The notes beneath the pieces were generated by a model. It worked only from the letters and a program-made list of their open reading frames with translations, had not been told where the DNA came from and searched no databases. Shown piece by piece: positions 58,469 to 64,000 of a stretch of DNA of 64,000 nt. Within the stretch, counting starts at the first letter, position 1; the number at the start of each line of letters is the position of its first letter. Origin of the DNA: Deltaproteobacteria bacterium (lineage in GTDB: Bacteria; Desulfobacterota; BSN033; WVXP01); contig JAFDHF010000002.1 in assembly GCA_019308905.1 (NCBI GenBank), positions 75,854 through 139,853 on the forward strand, given 5' to 3'. A program made the translations under genes and the position numbers.

Positions 58469-59953
58469 ATGGACACATGGCGAGAGAGGGCCAGAAGCGG
58501 CATAACCCCCATTGTGGTCAGACCTGGGATGAGAATTGAGCTTCTCAGTGGCAGAGAGCTCGAAAGGGTTCACCAGGCTACGCTGACGGTTCTCGGGCAA
58601 AGTGGCGTGAGATTTCCCTATGAAAGGGGTCTCAAGATCTTTGCGGAAGCAGGCGCAAAGGTCGATTTCGAAAGTAAGATCGTCCGGATCCCGGCTGATC
58701 TGCTGATGAGAAGCCTCGCCAACGCGCCGAGAACCATCGCCATGGCTTCCAGAGGCCCCGAGGATCTCGATCTCTATCTGGATGGAACCAGGAGTTACTG
58801 CGGGACCGAGGGGACTGGGCTGGCCGTAGTCGATCTGGAGACTCGCAAGCGAAGGCCTTCTACAAAAAGAGACGTGGCCATGATGGCCCAGATCTGCGAC
58901 TATCTTCCTTCCATCGGCTTTTACTGGCCCATGGTGAGTGCCCGTGACGTCCCTCCGGGGGTGATCTCACTCCACGAACTCGAGGCATCCTTTACCCACA
59001 CGGAAAAACACGTCCATATCATCAGCTGCACAGAGGCGAAGACCGCAGGTTATGCCGTTGAGATGGCCAGAGCCGTTGCAGGCGACAGCGAATCGCTGAG
59101 AAAACGCCCTCCCCTTTCCCTGCTGGTCTGTGCAACTTCTCCACTGACACAGGACAAAGGCTCACTGGAGGCGGCCCTGAGATTCGCCGAGGCGGGACTC
59201 CCTGTATGCTTCTGCACCATGCCGGTCGTGGGCTCCACCGGCCCGGGTTCCATGGCAGGGACCATGATCATGGGAAATGCGGAGATCCTGAGCGCCCTCT
59301 GCCTCATTCAACTGGTCTATCCCGGAGCGCCGGTCTGTTACGCTTTTTTCCACGACATGATAAACCCCTTCACCGGTCAATGCTGGGCCTCGGCGCCCCA
59401 GAAGGCGGGATTTCATACGGCGGTCGTACAACTCGGGCACTACTACAATCTCCCGGTAATGAGCGGCTATGGAGGCACCGACGCTCGCAAGCCGGAAAGT
59501 TGGCAGACAGGGAAAGACAACGCCATCGATGCCCTGTTCTCCTTTCTCACAGGCCCTGACCTTATGCCTTCTCTGGGGCTTCTCGAGGCCTACACTCTTC
59601 TGTACCCGGAGAAGATCCTCTTGGACACCGAGATTTTCAACTCCGTCAAGACCATGACAGAGGGAGTCAGAATCGATGAGGGGGCACTTGCCCTGGATGA
59701 GATCATGGCTGTTGGTCCTGGTGGCCACTTCCTCGACAGGGATTATACCTGCGAGAATCTCCGCAAGCTCTGGCAGCCCGGTGTCGCCAACCAGTGGTCT
59801 CCCCAAGCTGGAGGCTTTCTCGATCCACAGGAGGCTGCAATAGAAAAGATCAGGTGGATTCTTGCCAACCATCACCCGAACCCCCTTGAGGAGAAGGTGG
59901 AGAAAGAGCTCGCGAGGATCATCAGGACAGCCGAGAGAGAACTGCTGGGCTAG
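58469..59953 (+). CDS. MttB-superfamily methyltransferase without an amber codon (non-pyrrolysine paralog, quaternary-amine/glycine-betaine-type MtgB-like)
   Basis: Full-length uninterrupted 494-aa MttB-family protein. It has G at the position aligned to Pyl of the upstream paralog. TAG stop. Confidence 0.85.
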   Translation: MDTWRERARSGITPIVVRPGMRIELLSGRELERVHQATLTVLGQSGVRFPYERGLKIFAEAGAKVDFESKIVRIPADLLMRSLANAPRTIAMASRGPEDLDLYLDGTRSYCGTEGTGLAVVDLETRKRRPSTKRDVAMMAQICDYLPSIGFYWPMVSARDVPPGVISLHELEASFTHTEKHVHIISCTEAKTAGYAVEMARAVAGDSESLRKRPPLSLLVCATSPLTQDKGSLEAALRFAEAGLPVCFCTMPVVGSTGPGSMAGTMIMGNAEILSALCLIQLVYPGAPVCYAFFHDMINPFTGQCWASAPQKAGFHTAVVQLGHYYNLPVMSGYGGTDARKPESWQTGKDNAIDALFSFLTGPDLMPSLGLLEAYTLLYPEKILLDTEIFNSVKTMTEGVRIDEGALALDEIMAVGPGGHFLDRDYTCENLRKLWQPGVANQWSPQAGGFLDPQEAAIEKIRWILANHHPNPLEEKVEKELARIIRTAERELLG

Positions 59954-60047
59954 TCTCGATGGGCGAAGAAGAACCTCCAAAGGGAAGACAAGACATGAAA
60001 AAAGAGGCAGGATTTTCCGGCCTGAGACCCGAGCAAGGAGAATCCAC

Positions 60048-60956
60048 GTGGAGGCGATCGAGATCAGCCGGGAGGCGGAAGCGGGTCTGAAGAAAAGACC
60101 CAAAAGCCTTTTTCCCTGGGAAATACCCTTCTACATGGGGCCGATCACGGTCCTGGTAGTGGTCTTTGTCTTTGCTCCCCTGGTGATCATCCTGTTTTTC
60201 AGCTTCCTGAAAGCAGGCCCTCTGGGCGAGATAGTGTACCGGTTCAACCTCGATAATTTCCGGGCCATCCTTGGAGGCGGCTATGGAAAGGTCTTTCTTT
60301 ACTCCTTTTATCTTGCTGCACAGACAAATCTGGCATGCATCGTCTTGGCCTATCCGCTGGCCTACTTTATCGCGAGGTACGGAGGCAGATGGAAGATCTT
60401 TCTCATCTTCATGGTCATCATCCCCTCCTGGGTGGCCTATCTTATCAGACTTTACGCCTTCAAGACCATAGTGGGAAAACAGGGCCTCATCAACAGCCTC
60501 CTCATCCACCTCGGGCTCATCTCAGCCCCCATCGAGATGCTCTACACACCCTTTATCGTCATGGTCGGCCTGGTTTACACGTGGTTGCCCTTTATGGTTC
60601 TCCCTCTCCATGCCTCCCTGGAAGGGCTCGATCCGGCCCTACTCGAGGCTGCCACGGATCTGGGGGCCACACCCATCCGCCGCTTCTTCAGGGTCACCCT
60701 CCCCCTCACCCGGGGGGGGCTCATCGCAGGATCGATACTCGTGTTCATCCCCACTCTGGGAGACTGGCTCGTTCCCTATCTGCTGGGTGGGTCGAAGGTT
60801 ATGATGGTTGGAAACCTGGTCGCCGAAAAGTTCATCATGCTGGGCAATATCCCGGAGGGCTCCAGCCTAGCCGTCATGCTGGCAGCCACGCTGGTCCTGA
60901 TTCTATACCTTTCCATCAAATGGGGGGGGAAGGAAGCGATGGAGAGAATTCTGTGA
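60048..60956 (+). CDS. ABC transporter permease (PotB/PotH-like)
   Basis: BPD_transp_1 membrane protein. The GTG start at 60048 has an AAGGAG ribosome-binding site. Confidence 0.75.
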   Translation: MEAIEISREAEAGLKKRPKSLFPWEIPFYMGPITVLVVVFVFAPLVIILFFSFLKAGPLGEIVYRFNLDNFRAILGGGYGKVFLYSFYLAAQTNLACIVLAYPLAYFIARYGGRWKIFLIFMVIIPSWVAYLIRLYAFKTIVGKQGLINSLLIHLGLISAPIEMLYTPFIVMVGLVYTWLPFMVLPLHASLEGLDPALLEAATDLGATPIRRFFRVTLPLTRGGLIAGSILVFIPTLGDWLVPYLLGGSKVMMVGNLVAEKFIMLGNIPEGSSLAVMLAATLVLILYLSIKWGGKEAMERIL

Positions 60957-61744
60957 ACCGAAGAAATGTCGCCTCGAAACTCCTCGGCCTGATGTCTTTC
61001 TGCATCTATTTCTTCCTATGGGCTCCGGCTCTTGTCATCATCGTCTTTTCTTTCAGCAGCAATAAGTACGGCGTAAAATGGGAAGATTTCACCACCCGCT
61101 GGTATGTTTTCCTCTTTCACAACATGGATGTGAGAGATGCCCTCTTCCGGAGCCTTGTGGTCGCATCCGTCACGGTCATCGTCTCCACAGTGATAGGAAC
61201 CATCACGGCATACGGCCTCTACAAGTTCCGTTTCAGGGGCAAACAGCTCCTGCGGACATCCATCCTTATTCCAATTGTCTTGCCCAGTGTCGTGACAGGA
61301 GCTTCGTTGCTCGTGTTTTTTACTAGGCTGATACACATCCCCCTGGGATACCCGAGTATCATCCTGGCCCACATAACCTTCAGTACGCCCCTGGCCGTAT
61401 TTGTCATCCTCGGGAGAATGCAGAGAATAGACTGGGCCTGGGAAGAGGCCGCACTCGACCTGGGAGCAAACCGGGTCCGCACTTTCCTGAGAGTGACCGG
61501 GCCCCTCTTGCTACCGGCCATCATAGCCTCGGCGGTTCTGATCTTTCCATGGTCCTTTGACGATTTCGTTATCACTTATTTTGTGGCGGGAATCGGTACC
61601 ACGACTCTACCGATCTATGTGTTCTCCCAGATTCGGTTCGGCGCCACCCCTGTCATCAATACCATCGGGACGCTCTTTGTGGCCGTGACCATAGGAGCGC
61701 TCATCGTTTTTCGGCTGGTAGAGAAGAAGGGGGAATCCATTTAG
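60953..61744 (+). CDS. ABC transporter permease (PotC/PotI-like)
   Basis: BPD_transp_1 membrane protein. Its GTG start overlaps the upstream stop. TAG stop. Confidence 0.75.
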   Translation: MNRRNVASKLLGLMSFCIYFFLWAPALVIIVFSFSSNKYGVKWEDFTTRWYVFLFHNMDVRDALFRSLVVASVTVIVSTVIGTITAYGLYKFRFRGKQLLRTSILIPIVLPSVVTGASLLVFFTRLIHIPLGYPSIILAHITFSTPLAVFVILGRMQRIDWAWEEAALDLGANRVRTFLRVTGPLLLPAIIASAVLIFPWSFDDFVITYFVAGIGTTTLPIYVFSQIRFGATPVINTIGTLFVAVTIGALIVFRLVEKKGESI

Positions 61745-61922
61745 GGAAGGCGGATCTGGGGGAGAGAGACCAGGCCTCTTAGTCCACCTTCACGAAAGGG
61801 GGTGAGAGAAGAGCTTTCGGTATGGAGACCACATGGATCAGGAGAAGATTGATTCTTGAACAAAGGCTCTGTTCCATGAAGCCCTTGCAGAAGTAAGAAC
61901 CTGCAGGAAGGAGGTCACTCAA

Positions 61923-63056
61923 ATGAAGATGAAGAATCTCGGCAAGGTTGGCATGGCTTTTTTCTTCTCGATTGTTTTCACCATGGGTGTGCTGTCCGGC
62001 GCCCTGGCCGAAGGCAAATACAAGGATTACCCGGTACCAAAGGCCTGCATGGATCAGGTCCGCAAGGAGGGGAGCAGGCTTTTCATCTACGACTGGGCCG
62101 AGTGGTGGCCCGAGGATCTGTTTGCCAATTTCACAAAGGAATTTGGCGTAAAGATCACGAGGGATCATTTTGCGGACTCAGAGGAGATGGTGACAAAGAT
62201 CAAGCTCAATCCCAAGGCCCCCTACGACCTTGTCACAGGCATAGGGCCTGAACATGTGATGCGGCTGAAGGGGTTGGGCCTGGTCCGGCAGCTCAACCAT
62301 GACTGGCTTCCCAATGTGGATGCCTATCTGGAAGACCAATACAAGAAGCTACCCTATGATCCGGGCAACCATTTTCAGATCGGCGATTCTGTCTACTTTA
62401 CGACCTACACGTACAACTCGAAATACGTGGACCCCAACGACCCCTTGATCCCCTCGTGGAAGCTGCTTTTCGAGGGCAAGAAGTACGCAGGCAAGATTAC
62501 CATGATCGACAACATGTTCGAGACTGTCGGCACGGCCTTGAAGTATCTCGGATACTCGTACAACTCTGTGAACGAGAAAGAGCTGGAAGAGGCAAGAAAG
62601 GTTCTGCTCAAGCAGAAACCAATGGTGATGGCTTACGATTCCTGGCCGAGGCGACTCCTGGTGGAAGAGGAGGCCTGGATCTCGCACCTGTGGGTCGGAG
62701 ACAGTTGGCTCCTCCATCAGGATATGCCCACTATACTGGGGGCCCTGCCGACAGAGGGGACTTTTATGGCCCTGAACACGGACTTTCTTCCCATAGGCGG
62801 TAAACATCCGGCGGCGGCACACCTGTTTCTCAATTATCTTTTCCGGACGGATGTGAACGCAAAGCTGATCCAATGGATCGGCTATCCTCCTGTCCACAAA
62901 CACGTCATGGAGCTGATGTCCGATGAGATGAAGAAATGGCCCGGCTTCATCATCAAACCGGAATATGCCAAGAAGTGTGACATCTTCGATATCAAGGCTG
63001 TTACCGGAAGGGGAAGAGAGCTGAGAGCTAAGATATGGGAGGAGCTGAAAAAATAG
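61923..63056 (+). CDS. ABC transporter substrate-binding protein, PotD/PotF (spermidine/putrescine) family
   Basis: Signal peptide, SBP_bac_1/8-like fold, and an AGGAAGGAGG ribosome-binding site. Confidence 0.8.
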   Translation: MKMKNLGKVGMAFFFSIVFTMGVLSGALAEGKYKDYPVPKACMDQVRKEGSRLFIYDWAEWWPEDLFANFTKEFGVKITRDHFADSEEMVTKIKLNPKAPYDLVTGIGPEHVMRLKGLGLVRQLNHDWLPNVDAYLEDQYKKLPYDPGNHFQIGDSVYFTTYTYNSKYVDPNDPLIPSWKLLFEGKKYAGKITMIDNMFETVGTALKYLGYSYNSVNEKELEEARKVLLKQKPMVMAYDSWPRRLLVEEEAWISHLWVGDSWLLHQDMPTILGALPTEGTFMALNTDFLPIGGKHPAAAHLFLNYLFRTDVNAKLIQWIGYPPVHKHVMELMSDEMKKWPGFIIKPEYAKKCDIFDIKAVTGRGRELRAKIWEELKK

Positions 63057-63080
63057 CTCCTCTGCCGTCTCTGATACAGT

Positions 63081-63111
63081 GGGGAGGGGGGATTTCTTTG
63101 TTCCCCCCTCC
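63081..63111 (+). other. GC hairpin (gggagggggg ... cccccctccc) between the potD-like and potA-like genes
   Basis: Inverted repeat read directly from the sequence. Confidence 0.4.
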
Positions 63112-63202
63112 CTGCTGGGGGGGCTTTGTAGTGCCTTGGGCGAGCAAGAGGAAAGCGCCGGAATCCTCTTGTTCTACTTTGCAGGACGAAGGGTCATAAG
63201 GG

Positions 63203-64000
63203 ATGAAAATTGGGAACGGCAAACCGCCAGGCGCTGGCCAAACAGGACTCGCCCTGGAGGTAAGAGACGCGGTAAAACGGTTTGGAGAAATCACGGCGGT
63301 CGACCATGTAAGCCTGGCCATCAGGGAAGGGGAGATATTCTCGCTTCTCGGCCCCAGCGGTTGCGGAAAGACCACTCTCCTCCGGATTGTGGCAGGCCTG
63401 GAAACGCCGGACGAGGGTGATGTCCTGATCGCCGGGAGGGTGGTCAACAACGTGCCTCCTTACAAGAGAGACTGCAGCATCGTATTCCAGCAGCTGGCCC
63501 TTTTCCCCCACATGTCGATCTTCGACAACATCGCCTTTGGTCTGGTCGAAAGGAGGGTGGCCAGGGAGGAAATCAGGCAGAGGGTTTTGGAGGTGCTTGC
63601 CTTTGTCAACCTGGAAGGAATGGAAACCAGGAGGCCGAGCCAGCTCAGTGGCGGCCAGCAACAGCGGGTCGCTCTGGCACGTTCTCTGGTTCTGAAGCCC
63701 AAGGTGCTGCTCCTTGACGAACCTCTCGCATCCTTGGACCGGAAGTTGAGAAAGGAGATGCAGGTCGAACTGAAGAGAATCCAGCGGGAGGTGGGAACAA
63801 CCTTTCTCTATGTTACCCATGACCAGAAGGTGGCACTCAGCCTTTCCGATAGGATCGGTGTGATGAAAGACGGAAGGGTCGTTCAGATAGGGACATCGAG
63901 CGAGATATACGAGACCCCTAAGACCACCTTTGTAGCTTCTTTCATGGGAGCAACCAACATTTTCCTGGGAGAGATGATCTCCAGGGGGAATGGAAAGATC
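63203..64000 (+). CDS. ABC transporter ATP-binding protein (PotA-like), 3'-truncated by the window end
   Basis: Walker A (GPSGCGKTT), Q-loop, signature (LSGGQQQR) and Walker B (LLLDEP). The reading frame is open to the end of the window. Confidence 0.8.
   Translation, partial: MKIGNGKPPGAGQTGLALEVRDAVKRFGEITAVDHVSLAIREGEIFSLLGPSGCGKTTLLRIVAGLETPDEGDVLIAGRVVNNVPPYKRDCSIVFQQLALFPHMSIFDNIAFGLVERRVAREEIRQRVLEVLAFVNLEGMETRRPSQLSGGQQQRVALARSLVLKPKVLLLDEPLASLDRKLRKEMQVELKRIQREVGTTFLYVTHDQKVALSLSDRIGVMKDGRVVQIGTSSEIYETPKTTFVASFMGATNIFLGEMISRGNGKI

Noticed and set aside
53156-64000. Search for pylT, pylS, pylB, pylC or pylD, a RamA-type activase, or an MtbA/MtgA methylcorrinoid methyltransferase in the window
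   Set aside because: None of the called proteins resembles PylS, the radical-SAM PylB, the ATP-grasp PylC or PylD. No tRNA-like sequence with a CUA anticodon loop was spotted in the intergenic regions. They are presumably elsewhere in the genome, so this is an absence and not a finding.
1-64000. CRISPR arrays, insertion sequences or transposases, integrases, rRNA or tRNA genes, toxin-antitoxin or restriction-modification systems
   Set aside because: No direct-repeat and spacer periodicity, no transposase- or integrase-like ORFs, and no rRNA or tRNA-like conserved stretches were recognised. The window looks like core metabolic chromosome.

Overview
High-GC (~60%) bacterial chromosomal window, probably from a Gram-negative anaerobe (Desulfobacterota-like). 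The evidence is a TonB-dependent receptor, two tungsten-type aldehyde:ferredoxin oxidoreductases with a ferredoxin, and corrinoid methyltransferases. Genes are densely packed in small operons with GGAGG-type ribosome-binding sites and frequent ATGA/GTGA start-stop overlaps. Content from start to end: (1) a GntR(FCD) regulator and a Dpp/Opp-type ABC importer whose operon is interrupted by a three-subunit xanthine-dehydrogenase-family molybdo-hydroxylase plus a DUF169 protein. (2) A cobalamin locus. A sigma70 promoter, cobalamin riboswitch and attenuator precede a BtuB-like TonB-dependent receptor. On the opposite strand a second cobalamin riboswitch leads a cobT-cobD-cbiZ-cobU-cobS corrinoid salvage and nucleotide-loop operon. 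(3) An aldehyde dehydrogenase, a secreted seven-blade beta-propeller repeat protein and a secreted alpha/beta-hydrolase. (4) A catabolic module: acyl-CoA ligase, class III aminotransferase, aldehyde:ferredoxin oxidoreductase, Lrp regulator, hydantoinase/oxoprolinase HyuA/HyuB pair, saccharopine-dehydrogenase-family protein, and a second aldehyde:ferredoxin oxidoreductase with its ferredoxin. (5) A Liv-type ABC importer followed by two tandem polysaccharide-deacetylase-family paralogs, an M20 amidohydrolase, an M24 creatinase-type peptidase, an agmatine-deiminase-like enzyme with an N-terminal extension, and an APC permease. (6) A metallophosphoesterase and two hypothetical proteins. (7) The most notable part: a class III aminotransferase followed by a corrinoid-dependent methylamine methyltransferase cluster. 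It holds a trimethylamine methyltransferase (MttB) homolog and a dimethylamine methyltransferase (MtbB) homolog, each read through a single in-frame TAG at exactly the conserved pyrrolysine position. These are followed by a cobalamin-binding corrinoid protein, a second MttB-superfamily paralog without TAG, and a PotBCDA-type ABC importer. No rRNA, tRNA, CRISPR or obvious mobile elements were seen. Many long ORFs in the track are antisense artefacts of high GC.
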